Shown: positions 12,472 to 24,129 of the stretch, in pieces
How positions within the stretch are numbered: the first letter of the stretch is position 1
Layout: each line of letters begins with the position of its first letter
From: Octopus bimaculoides
Taxonomy: Eukaryota
Direction of reading: 5' to 3'
Length of the DNA: 37,569 nucleotides
Assembly (NCBI RefSeq): GCF_001194135.2
Contig: NC_069001.1
Location: 29,931,427-29,968,995, forward strand
The notes under the pieces: generated by a model
Database searches by the model: none
Told to the model about the DNA's origin: nothing
The model's input: the letters and a program-made list of their open reading frames with translations, nothing else
Made by a program: the position numbers and the translations under genes

Positions 12472-13708
12472 TGTCAATGCAATTGAAACAATTGTTGAAT
12501 TTTAAGGTGTGATCTAAAATGAAGATAAGTTTTTCTTCGTATACTTTGATTGTTGTTAATACTTTAAATTTCTTAAACTTCTAGATAAGGATTGTTGGAT
12601 GTGCCGCCTGTCATACATAAGGATTTACTCGAGATTTTGTATTAAACATACCTTTACTGGTATCTACTTGTTGGAAATTTAACCTTATTCCTTTGTACTG
12701 AGTGCTTACTTGATATCAGCTAGACAGAGACACTGAGACAGAGAGAGACGGAAAGAGAGATAGAGAGAAATAGATATATATATACATATAGTGTGCACAT
12801 ATATGATTGTCTGTATATATATATATTTATATATATATATATATATATATGTNNNNNNNNNNCATCATAAATATACAGGGATTAGCACTGAGTTGCTTCT
12901 CCAACATACTGAAAATTTAGAAATAGCAGTCAAAGAACTACTGATTCTAAACTACAAATTTTTCTCTAAACGGATGGCGATATTTATGGCACACATAGAA
13001 CAAAAAAACGGAGGGAAATGCATAAACAAAACAAGTCTTTAGTTAATTGGATACGATCGTTTCATGGTTAAGAGAATGAAAATTATATATATATAACTGA
13101 GGATCAGAAAACACTTATATTGCTATAAATGAGGGCTGAAGCGTTCTAATGCTGCAGGTAATGCACAAGACTGAACACACATACGCTAACATGGAGCGTA
13201 ATCGACCGAAAAGGGCCGATCGAGAATTCGTAATACTGACTCGTCAGTTTCGGCAATTTCTGTATTTCCTCATGAGTTAACACGGCTTGACCATTCGGTC
13301 CTTTCCGGACTCGCATCATCATTAGTATTTATGTTTTCGCCATCCAAATCATTGGATGATTTAACGATTCGTTAATATGTATAGATAGAATGAATATAAA
13401 CATGAGATTGGAATATTTCACTGAAAACGAGAATTACAAATGTCACTAAATTTGACTAGGGTGTTAGAAACAGTATTAAGAAATTCTCGATCGGCACTTT
13501 CCTACGGTTATTGTCTCTGTTAACATGTTTTCATTCATGTCCTTTAACTACAGCACTAGAGGATTTAGCACTTATTTCAAGCAATGTAGGTGCTCCCTAA
13601 CACGCTAATCGCATTTAGTGACGTTTGTAATTCCTCTTTTTGGTGAAACATTGCGACTGCTGTTTATATTAATTTTATATATGTGTGTTTGTATTCAAAA
13701 CTAAATTT

Positions 13709-13710
<2 letters not shown>

Positions 13711-13796
<86 letters not shown>

Positions 13797-13814
13797 GATA
13801 GATAGATAGATAGA
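13711..13814. repeat. (TG)n followed by (GATA)n
   Basis: Direct reading. Confidence 0.97.
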
Positions 13815-14877
13815 TTTCTTTATGTATGTATATATTACGTATAGACCCAAAACACCTGTTGATTTCGTCTAACAAACTCGTAGGATGATATAATGATATC
13901 CAGGAGAATCACTACATTTAGAATGTTCGTAGCTAACATCCTAAATTTAGAAAAGAAAATTATGGCCTACTATTGGAAAGTAGCATATTCCGTTACGTTT
14001 CTGTAATTAATTTGGCCATCTTGACCAGGAGTTATAAACTGAAAATCAAGTTAAGTACAATCTGACAGTTGGCCCATCCAAACATTGTAATCGACTTTTA
14101 GTTGTCGCTGATTTCAGAAGGGGTTGAATAGCAACTGTCAGGGCTGTCAATAGATGTGAGACAATGCATGGCACCTAGGAACCTCAAAGGCCACATTACT
14201 ATGTAATCGCTTAACCTGCACGAAATAGCAGCCAAATCTACTGAAAAGCTAATGGAATGACATTGGATATTGTTACAGGGTATAGATTTACGAATGAAAA
14301 GAATGGTTATTCATGGATGTCATAATAAATTATATGAATTTACTAAATACCGATTGTAGCTCAGCACTAAGAGCAACACGGCTTTTTAATATTGCTATAT
14401 TACTAATATTACTAATAATTCTGGTACGAATAACAATTACTACAGCAAAAACAAAATGAGTAGCGACTAAAATATTGCCCTTGAGATGCAAGAAGGGGAA
14501 GTTTTTCTTTGATTGAGTCATCACCAAAAATACTGCAGTCAAAGGTGCCGAATATAAAATAATTACAATTAACTTCCTAGAGTTATTAATTTAATTCATG
14601 GTACACCGTTCTATTCCCGAAGAATTTGTGTTATCAATTACATGAAGAATAAGGGTCACCGATTTATTATCATACATATTTACCCTATGGTCTGAAAAGT
14701 TTACACATTGCAAAGGTAGGTGACAAATACTGGTATCATCCAATTTTTTATAAAATCCGCCGACACTATGCTCTACATTAGTATGTTTTTATTGAAAGTA
14801 GAGAGATGGAACACAAAGATGAACTTTACGGATTTTAGAACATACAGCGCACAAACTTTTACGAATAATACATGACA

Positions 14878-15096
14878 TGCGAGAGTGTGTGGAAAAGTTC
14901 CTGGCTTTGGGTAAAAGAAATTAGATGCGGATCAGTTAATTATGGTTTTATTGATCCTATCCTTCTCTCAGATTCTCACGCTTATCGCAGGGATTCTTTA
15001 TTTGTTCTAAGCCCGGTAAACATGTTCGATGTTTAGGCCTCCAGCCAGGCTTTCGCGTTACAGTTGAAGCGGGGAATTTTCTAGAACACCCTTGTA
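14878..15096. mobile_element. Mariner-type MITE (~220 bp)
   Basis: Left end tgcgagagtgtgtggaaaagttcctggcttt and right end gaagcggggaattttctagaacacccttgta are degenerate inverted repeats of the TACGAGG..GAAAAGTTCC mariner TIR type; no coding capacity. Confidence 0.65.
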
Positions 15097-15139
15097 CTAC
15101 CTAGTGCTCAAGGAAATCGATAATAGCACCTAAAACTAC

Positions 15140-15775
15140 CTGGTCACACCTCGAATACTGCTGCCCCTTGTGGTTTCCCCATACAAAACAAACATCTCGA
15201 AAATTAAATCATCCCAGAGGGCACTCACTAATCGAATTGAAGGCATGACTGATCTCGATTACTGGGACCGCCTTAAAGTCTTGAAACTCTACTCTCTCCA
15301 GCACCGCCGCGAGCGGCACATCATTTGTACGATGTGGAGAATATACCGCTAGCATTGCCCAAACGACTTGAACATTAGCTTCAAGTTTTATCCAAGGCTG
15401 GAGCGACGGGCCATACACCCCTTGCCCAATTCAGGATCACAACATAGAGGTACACTGCGACACAATTTCTTTTCCTCGACAGACCCTGCTCTGTTTAACA
15501 TTGTCCCAAAACTGATCAAAGAGGAAAAGGATCCCATCACCTATAAACGGAGTCTGGACACATTTCTTTAACGAATACCAGATAAGCCACCCATACTTGG
15601 ATAGAGCTCACTCAACAAGAACTCACTGCAGCTCACTCAACAAGAACTCACTACTTGAATGGACCATAAACAAAACTTGACTTAAAAAGGATTTCGATAA
15701 TAATATCAGGGGGTGCTATTAAGTTAGGCCTGGACCAATCTTTAGTCGAAGCATATCTACGTTTTAACTAAGTTT
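15140..15775 (+). mobile_element. CR1-like LINE, 3' end of ORF2 (pseudogenised)
   Basis: HLEYCCPLW, SPYKTNISKIKSSQRALTNRIEGMTDLDYWDRLKVLKLYSLQHRRER, then PALFNIVP..KRSLDTFL*RIPDKP. This is the canonical CR1/L2-group post-RT motif (LEY..W..I..QR..L..L.L.SL..RR), with in-frame stops. Confidence 0.88.
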
Positions 15776-16014
15776 TTTAAAGTTTTTATCAAAGACAATT
15801 TAACCAATTATTTGACACGCAATTGCAATAAACAACAACCAGTAAATGTTGAGTTTCAGTACAGTTCTCATCCTTGAGGATGAATATCACACAAAAAAAA
15901 CATTGCAATATTCGGACTTATGTCCGATTCTCTTCTCTCCATCTTTCTCTGTCTTTCAGTCCCTTATATACATATCTGTGTGTATAACTGCGAGTGCCTG
16001 TCTGTGTCTGTATG

Positions 16015-16018
<4 letters not shown>

Positions 16019-16070
<52 letters not shown>
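16019..16070. repeat. (TG)n microsatellite
   Basis: Direct reading. Confidence 0.97.
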
Positions 16071-16074
<4 letters not shown>

Positions 16075-16288
16075 TACACGTAAATTAAATATCAGACAAT
16101 AGAAGCGAATATTAGTAAGCTGAATCACATCAATCCATTGCTGGAGGGGAAGTTCCAAACATACAAATATGAAAAATAAGAGGCTCTATATATGTTATAG
16201 TTCTTCATATATGACGTGTTTCGTTTCAGAAAATATGTTTCGTACTCTTAAGTATCTGTCACTCCCACATTTACATTCACATTCTCTA

Positions 16289-17142
16289 TGCAGGGTGCCT
16301 TGGGTAAATTGTCGCCATATTGTATTTTTAATTTCGCGCGTGCGCATTGTTTGCTTTTGATTTTGTCGACTACACAGTCGGATCAGTAAGACACCGTCTG
16401 AGAGAAAAACACCATTATGACGCAATTCATAGTGTCAGAAATTTGGAAATGACATGTTTTACTGCTTGGCATTCGCATCGGAAGCTCCAGTATGAACATG
16501 TAGCAATACACTCATGTACCGAGAAGAATAAAAATCAAACATCCACTCAACATCATTGTGTTTGGTGTGTTCAGTAATGATGGCAACGTTATGCCCCCCC
16601 ATTCATCTTTCCACACAGCCTCGGACGCAACACAGAGGTCTACATCAAGTGCCTGGAAGATATTGCTGCCCTTGGGACAAGAGGATGGCGGCTGGAAGAC
16701 TTTATTTCTGTCAACAGGACTCTGCACCCTACCGCACAAGCAAGAGAACACGATCATGGCTGCCAAGCAATTTTTGCCCACCACATCACCCCGAACATCT
16801 GGTCACCTAACTCCACACATTGCAACCCCCTTGATTATTGTGTGGAGCGCAGTTCAGCTAGAGACCGACAAAACTCATTGTAACACCAAAGGTGAACTGA
16901 ATGCAAGTATTATAGTAGCATTTACCAGCTTAAACAAGAGACCGCTTGGAAGAGTTACAAGTGATTCCGAAATGTTTGGAGACCATAGTTGATGCTAATA
17001 GCAATCTTGTGGAATAAATTTTCTCCTTAGCATTTCGAGATAATTTTATGAACTTTTGGTGAATATATACGTTAAAATGATACGTCAGTGTTGTTTTCAT
17101 CTTTGCATAAATTAGACGACGATTTATTCACCACACACTGTA
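16289..17142 (+). mobile_element. Internally deleted Tc1/mariner element of DD37D (maT) type with both TIRs
   Basis: Frameshifted transposase: VFGVFSNDGNVMPP, QQDSAP (D at 16718), WSPNSTHCNPLDY (D at 16833), stop at 17015-17017. There are 37 residues between the two Ds after removing one extra C. Left TIR tgcagggtgccttgggtaaattgtcgcc and right TIR (revcomp) tacagtgtgtggtgaataaatcgtcgtc match at 19/28. Confidence 0.88.
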
Positions 17143-17153
17143 TGCTTGTATGC

Positions 17154-17185
<32 letters not shown>

Positions 17186-17535
17186 ATCTGTGTGTATATT
17201 TCTGTAATTATATATTATATATCATATATAAATGATTACATACGCATAACGTAACATACATCTGATAAGATTTGTAAAAGTAGTACACGACTAAGTAGTT
17301 ATTGAAAATGAATAAAAACGAAAATGTCACTTTTTAAAAACATTTTTTGGGGGTTTAATTTAATTTACATGTTTCGTTTTTTTTTTTAAACCTTATCAAA
17401 AATGAATGTAAAATATGTGAGAAGAGAAAATGGCTATTAATAAAATAAAATTAAAATTAAGAATGACATTCATAGTTTACTGTTATTTCTTGCATACGCA
17501 CGTGGCTCCTTTCCTTGAACATGGTAATTCCAACT

Positions 17536-17744
17536 TGTTCTTTTAGTAGATTACTACTATCTGTTTTAGTAAATTAAATAGTGGTCAGGGAGGGATTCTG
17601 GGAGTGGTTGTAGCTGAGTAGTAGTGGTGGTAGTCGTCGTGATAAAGTTGTCCCCCCTTAGTTATTCGACAGCTACAACCAGAATCCCTCTCTGACCACT
17701 ATTTAATTTACTAAAACAGATAGTAGTAATCTACTAAAAGAACA
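17536..17744. repeat. Long near-perfect inverted repeat (fold-back)
   Basis: Arm 17536-17616 vs arm 17670-17744: 75 aligned bp, one G:T mismatch and one 6-nt bulge, with a 53-nt spacer. Confidence 0.97.
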
Positions 17745-17981
17745 TTGTCGTGCCATATTGCATCAGTTTCATGAAGGAAATAGTATGTGAAGTTGGAATT
17801 TGGAGCAACATCCAAGGCAGCAGTAAATACCGATATAATTTTCATTTAGGTTTAAAAAACTATTACGTATAAATAAATTTTAAAATTCTTGCTTTAAACG
17901 GAAAGTTTCAAACCAGTAGTAATGCAGTTACTTTCCTTTTACTCAAGATGTAAAGGATATAAGATAAAAAGTTTTTATATA

Positions 17982-18143
17982 GGAGCAAGAGTGGCTGTGT
18001 GGTAAGTAGCTTACCTGCCAACCACATGGTTCTGTGTTCAGTCCCACTGCCTGGCACCTTGGGCAAATGTCTTCTACTATAGCCTCGGGCCGACCAAAGC
18101 CTTGTGAGTGAATTTGTTAGACGGAAACTGAAAGAAGCCCCTC

Positions 18144-18179
<36 letters not shown>

Positions 18180-18548
18180 NNNNNNNNNNNNNNNNNNNNN
18201 NNNNNNNNNNNNNNNNNNNNNNNNNNNNNNNNNNNNNNNNNNNNNNNNNNNNNNNNNNNNNNNNNNNNNNNNNNNNNNNNNNNNNNNNNNNNNNNNNNNN
18301 NNNNNNNNNNNNNNNNNNNNNNNNNNNNNNNNNNNNNNNNNNNNNNNNNNNNNNNNNNNNNNNNNNNNNNNNNNNNNNNNNNNNNNNNNNNNNNNNNNNN
18401 NNNNNNNNNNNNNNNNNNNNNNNNNNNNNNNNNNNNNNNNNNNNNNNNNNNNNNNNNNNNNNNNNNNNNNNNNNNNNNNNNNNNNNNNNNNNNAAAGGCG
18501 GTGCTCCAGCATGGCCATAGTCAAAAGACTGAAACAAGTAAAGAGAGT
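17982..18548 (+). mobile_element. SINE family B with an internal (TA)n, spanning an assembly gap
   Basis: Head gagtggctgtgtggtaag (A-box-like) and gttcagtccc (B-box-like), then ggcaccttgggcaaatgtcttc...gaaactgaaagaagccc, (TA)n, gap 18180-18493 and the tail aaaggcggtgctccagcatggcc...gactgaaacaagtaaagag. Confidence 0.85.
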
Positions 18549-19915
18549 ATGTGTTTTATTTAATTGTAGTAGTGTTATGACTAAGGAATATATTAAGACT
18601 TCTTTAGTACGCATTGAATGACGTAGAGTAAACTGTTTTGCTTGACGTTTGGTCAGTTACATTTACAATTTGTATTTTAAATAGTTGACTCTAATAATAA
18701 TATAACGAATATCCTTTATGGTTTCATTGGAAAAGAACACGTTACGATTGGACAAGGTTATTACGCTAGTTTCTTTTATGAAATGAATCTTGTTTTTTGA
18801 AGAATTCTTCATTATCAGAAAGTTCAATCTATCAAGGTGTAACTAAAATAGACAAAAATGGACCTAGAGTATGACCTAAAGGAAATAGGCAGGGCATGAG
18901 AAAGAAGTAACATATACAGATATACTTAATTATGAGGATATTATTGTCCTTTTGTTGAACCAAGGTAATCTTAATTGCTAAAACTTCAGAATACCCAGAG
19001 GTAAGCTATTCCTATTATAGCAAATATTCTTATTTTCCACTATGGCTTTTCTATAACAAGCATAATCAAATACGTTAATTCTTTTCAACAACCCGAACGC
19101 TGAACATAATAGATAGTACAGACGGGAAAATAGCTTTCTTCCGAGTACAGCTTGAACATAAATTTGTCGGAAGAATAACAAATATATCACGAAACATATT
19201 ACTATTTCAATGTAATTTTAAAGACATTTTTCTATAGGAAATCATCTTTTGGTAGCCATATTATGGAGAGTCATGTGTGACATCGTGTTATATCCGGTGT
19301 TGTTATATAAACTAAAGACTAATCCACTAACAGAGGAATAATGAAAAAAACAAAACAAAAAACGTTCTCTATTGAAGCCTTTGAAATTTTGTTTCACGTT
19401 TGTCTGTTGATTCGATCAAATAGACAACAGTCACATACTGATCTCTTTTAATCTGACGAACAGATACACACATTTGAAAGAGTACCTACCGAAGATATTA
19501 TATAAAAGAAACAATTTTCTAAAATGAGATGATAAAACAATATATTAAGAAATAGTTCTGAATTTTAAAAAACAATACAACAACAGAGGATATTAAATAA
19601 TGTTAAATTATATATTTGAATCCCCACCCCCCATTTTTAATGCAGAATTGTTTTATCTCAGAAAATATTACATTCAGTTTAAACACTATTTGAAGATATT
19701 AATGAATCGATGTTCTTATCTTTTTCTATGCGATATATTACTGTTCTTAATACATCTACATAGACAGAACTAATATCAAGACAGAAAACGAAATATAAAT
19801 ACTAATATCAATAAATAATATCAATAAATCTTCGAAAGTGCAAAAGAAAAAGAAAATAGGTGAATGAATTGGAGAAAAATTATCATATTACTTTGGTTAG
19901 TAGTGATATCACTGA

Positions 19916-20200
19916 AGTAAGTACAGAATCTGTTTTCAAATAAGTACAGAATGTGTGTTCAAGTACAGAATATCTTTCCATATAAGAACAGACTCTGTTT
20001 TCAAGTAAGTACAGAATCTGTTTCCATATAAGTACAGAATCTGTTTCCAAGTAAGTACAGAATCTGTTTCCAAGTAAGTACAGAATGTGTTTCAAGTAAG
20101 CAGAGAAGTTACAGAATATGTTTCCAAATAATTACAGTAGTGTAGACTCAGTTTTTAAAGTAAGCCCAGAATCAGAACCTGGTTTCAATTAAGTACCGAG
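19916..20200. repeat. Minisatellite, ~22-24 bp unit (aagtaagtacagaatctgtttcc), about 10-12 copies
   Basis: Central copies near-identical, outer copies degenerate; explains the repetitive ORF 19883..20095. Confidence 0.92.
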
Positions 20201-21228
20201 TCAATGCTTCTACCTCTAGCATTTCGTGATGCTCACTGACATTCACGGACACAAACACTCACGCACACACGCACGAGCACTTATACACAAACCGCTTACC
20301 ATTGCACACCGACAATGACGGAGATGCACATGTATGCATATATGTACACAAACATATGCATATACAAAAATATTTGGAGACATACAAACGTGCACATATA
20401 TATGCATACATAATTATATACACATATGCCATACGTGTAAATTCTATTTATCAAAAGAGTTCTCAATACTTTGAGTAGAGCAAAAGCTTTTATTACCATT
20501 ACGCAAGGAAAGTGCTTTCTCGTGATTTTAACTTTAAGGTACATTTAGAGTTATTAAACTGAATTACTTATATGTTCCACCAGCGTTTTCATGTGAATTT
20601 CGAGTTGTGATTATGAATGTTTTAGTCCCTCTAGGGGTACGTTGTGTTTTCGCAAATATATTGATGATCAAGACGATATTACTATACATTTATTCATGCA
20701 TAACTTTAATATTCGATTAATTTTACATCCAAAAAATGTGTTAATATGCCTATATCTTGAAAATATCCGATATTTTTTTCTTTTCTTTTTAGAATGCACT
20801 AAATCATATATTCAATATTTTCTTTTCTCTAATATCTTTAAATCTTCGCAGAGTAATTGGCGAAATTTTTTTACGTAACTGTTCTACTCTGCCATTAACC
20901 TTAAACTCGATGAACAATGAATGTTTTTGTAAAGTGATTTGACTCAAAGCTATAACAATTTCAATATTTCTACAATTTTTATGCATCGCTTATATCCTTA
21001 GTTTAAATTATTTTATATAGCCATTAATTTTTTACTAACTTAATGCATTCTTTCTAGTGACAAACACTTTATAATATCTCACTATCAGTTAACTTCCCTT
21101 CTACTGATAATATTTCTTGTCTTAATTTTTAAATCTCATTTTATTGGCCATGCCTGCAGAAGAGTTTTTTTTTATATTTATACATACTCCAACTGGATTA
21201 ATTTTCAAGCAATATTTTATTTCTATAA

Positions 21229-21442
21229 GGCGGTGAGCTGGCAGAATCCTTAGCACGCCGGGTGAAATGTTTAGTGGTAATTCGTCTGTCTTAACGCTCT
21301 GATTTCAAATTCCGCCGAGACTTTGCGTTTCATCCATTCGAGGTCGATAAATTAAGTACCAGTTGCGTACTGGGATCGATCTAATCCACTGGCCCTCTAC
21401 CCTCAAATTCCGGGCCTTGTTCCTAGAGTAGAAAATAATATT
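21229..21442 (+). mobile_element. SINE family A, full length (tandem copy 1)
   Basis: ggcggtgagctggcagaatccttagc ... gggccttgttcctagagtagaaaataatatt. Confidence 0.92.
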
Positions 21443-21454
21443 ATGATTATATAA

Positions 21455-21636
21455 GGCGGTGAGTTGGCAGAATCGTTAGCCCATCGTGCGAAATGCTTAA
21501 CGGTATTTCGACTGTCTTTACGTTCTGAGTTCAAATTTCGCCTAGACTTTGCGTTTCATCACTTCCGGATCGATAAATTAAGCACCAGTTGCGTACAGGG
21601 ATCGATCTAATCGACTGACCCTCCCAAAAGAATATT
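21455..21636 (+). mobile_element. SINE family A (tandem copy 2, 3' internal deletion)
   Basis: ggcggtgagttggcagaatcgttagc ... aatcgactgaccctccc joined directly to the aaaagaatatt tail. Confidence 0.9.
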
Positions 21637-21643
21637 GTAATTT

Positions 21644-21843
21644 CACGTCGGGTGAAATGCTTAGCGGTATTTCGTCGGCCTTTACGTACAGAGTTCAACT
21701 TCCAACGAGATCGATTTTGCCATTTATCCTTTCGGATTTGAAAAATATACCCCAATACTTAAGTATTGGGGTATATCTAATCGCCTGGCCCCCTCCCCGA
21801 AAATTTCGCCCCTTGTGCCTAGAGGAGAAAAGAATATTATATT
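21644..21843 (+). mobile_element. SINE family A (tandem copy 3, 5'-truncated)
   Basis: cacgtcgggtgaaatgcttagcggtatttcgtc ... ccttgtgcctagaggagaaaagaatatt. Confidence 0.9.
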
Positions 21844-22878
21844 TCTATGCATAGAGTATAGAGTATTAGCGAACCATTTTTCATTATGGATTCAAACCGA
21901 TTATATTTTGCTCTTCAGCACTACATAAAAAACCTGTCATATTTTTGCAGTATTTTATTGTGTCCTTCATTATTAATTCACCAATGAGAATTGTTCCCAT
22001 TCCAATAAATACAGAAAATACAGAAAATATTTAAATAAACTACATATATATGCCCGTGAATGTGAGCAAAAATATAAATAATTTAAACTTTAATGTCATT
22101 TTATTCGAATTGCCTAATTTTAGTTCGCCGCAAGCAGTTCCAGTTTTGTTCTGAGTGAAACACTGACAAACATAAAAAATATATATATATATTCCGAAAT
22201 GAATGATAACGAAGAAAAAGATAACAAAAATAACTGTGAAAAAAAAATAAACAGGGAAGAAACAAAAAAACATATATTGAATTAAATATCTCAGACAAAG
22301 TGTAAAATGATGAATTATTATAGAGAAAGAGCAAAAAATCTATAAATATATATCGAAATTTTTTCTCCCTTCGAAGCGTAACTGTAATTTTAAAGAATTG
22401 AAAATAATTCAGGAATTTTTTGTGTCATTAATGTTTGGGAATGTAATGCACTACCATAGAATGAATAGAAAATTTAAATAAAAAAATTCAGTGCGAATTT
22501 ATGTGTTTATAAAAACTTTTCATTTTACTATTAATTACGCGGAACCATTTTTATGTACGACCTTTATTATTTTACTTTTTTTTTACTCAATAAAATTCTG
22601 ATAAATTTTCGGTGTATTTTTTTTTTTAAGTCACGTTTAGTTTATTTGAAAATGTGTTCTTTTCTTGATATTTTCATTTACATCATGCTATTTTTGTATT
22701 AAAAAAAAATTGTTTTGTGTAAATTCAATTTGGCATTAATTCAATAATAGTTTTTAATTCAAGCACGTTTGAATCTTTAAAGCAAGCATTTATAAGAAAC
22801 ATTGATGAATGTTTATATTTGCTAATAATGAAGTATATACATATGCACACAGCCGCACGAGCACACATATATACATAC

Positions 22879-22921
<43 letters not shown>

Positions 22922-23356
22922 CACAGAGAGGTGCTGGAAAGAAAGAGAGAGCCTAGAATTCAAATGATAACACTTAACGCTAGATGACTCTAATGAATTC
23001 ATTTCAAACCTTTGAATACGGAAAATAATAATTTCACCTCTGCGAGGGAGGTGTGTTGAATAATTACAGAGTACATACTGTTGACCCATTAAATTAACTG
23101 GTAAAATAAACAAACAGTTCATATTAAAGAGGAAAATAGGATAAATGAGACATTTATTTTCACATGAAAAGTATGTTTAGATTTTCAGTTTTCTTCGGTG
23201 TTGAGCATTTAGATAATTCAATCTAGTCCATTAATTATTCGTAAGGTTAGGTGCCTCACACAGACAGATATATGTGGAAAGTAATTGCACACTACACTGC
23301 CACGCTACAAGTACAGCGATAGACAGGCACACACGTAGCCATTCAAATGCACACAG

Positions 23357-23388
<32 letters not shown>

Positions 23389-24129
23389 TTAAGCAAGTTA
23401 AATGTATATTTTAAACACTATCATTCTGACTGATTTGTTAAATTTGTTAAATGTTAAGTTGTGGTAAACTGAAGTAATTTGCATACTGGTAAAACTTGAT
23501 CTTTACTTCTGGGAATACAGGTTATTGTAATTTTATCATACTTTTATTTCTCATATGAAAAAGTGAAATTTCTATATCCTCTCGTGTTATTAATCGATCG
23601 TTATTAATTTTCCTTTAATAGTTTGGGGCATTCTAATGCAAATAGTATATACTATAATTTATCAATATTTTTGCGCCTTAAAATCTGATTTTAAAACGGA
23701 AAATTAGCAGTGGAGCTGATGCAATAATTTACAACCATTATATTACATTTTACTTCTTTTAAAAGGATATTTAATAATTATTCAACATCTTACATTTTAT
23801 ATAATCTCGTAGTTTCAACCTATGAAGAAAATTCACCATTTTAACGTTTGCATTTTTTCTTGGAAAGTAACAGATTAATATCGTTGGCCATGTTAGAAAA
23901 TCTTTTTTTTTAAATTTTAGATAGTCGTATCCTATTTACATTAAAAGGGATTCTATTATTCTTTCCTAACAGGAGTGATTATGGTTGTTAAGGTTGTGGA
24001 TAACACTACGGCGTTATATATTATTATTTCTGCATCATTTCTAATACGATATGTTATGACACATGCAAGTGGCACTGATAAATTATACATGATATTGAGG
24101 AAGGGGATGGTTCACGGCATTTTTATTTA

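Noticed and set aside
13250-13370. Minus-strand peptide DASPERTEWSSRV resembling an SLC6 transporter N-terminus
   Set aside because: Followed by NS* rather than the FLLS..GYAVGLGN motif, with no splice donor to rescue it.
14062-14141. 10-bp IR ctgacagttg/caactgtcag as a pre-miRNA
   Set aside because: Pairing does not extend into the interior, so there is no continuous miRNA-length stem.
21229-21320. tRNA gene calls for SINE heads (also 3062-3303, 17982-18050)
   Set aside because: A/B boxes are present but continue into SINE bodies and tails, and I could not fold a cloverleaf.
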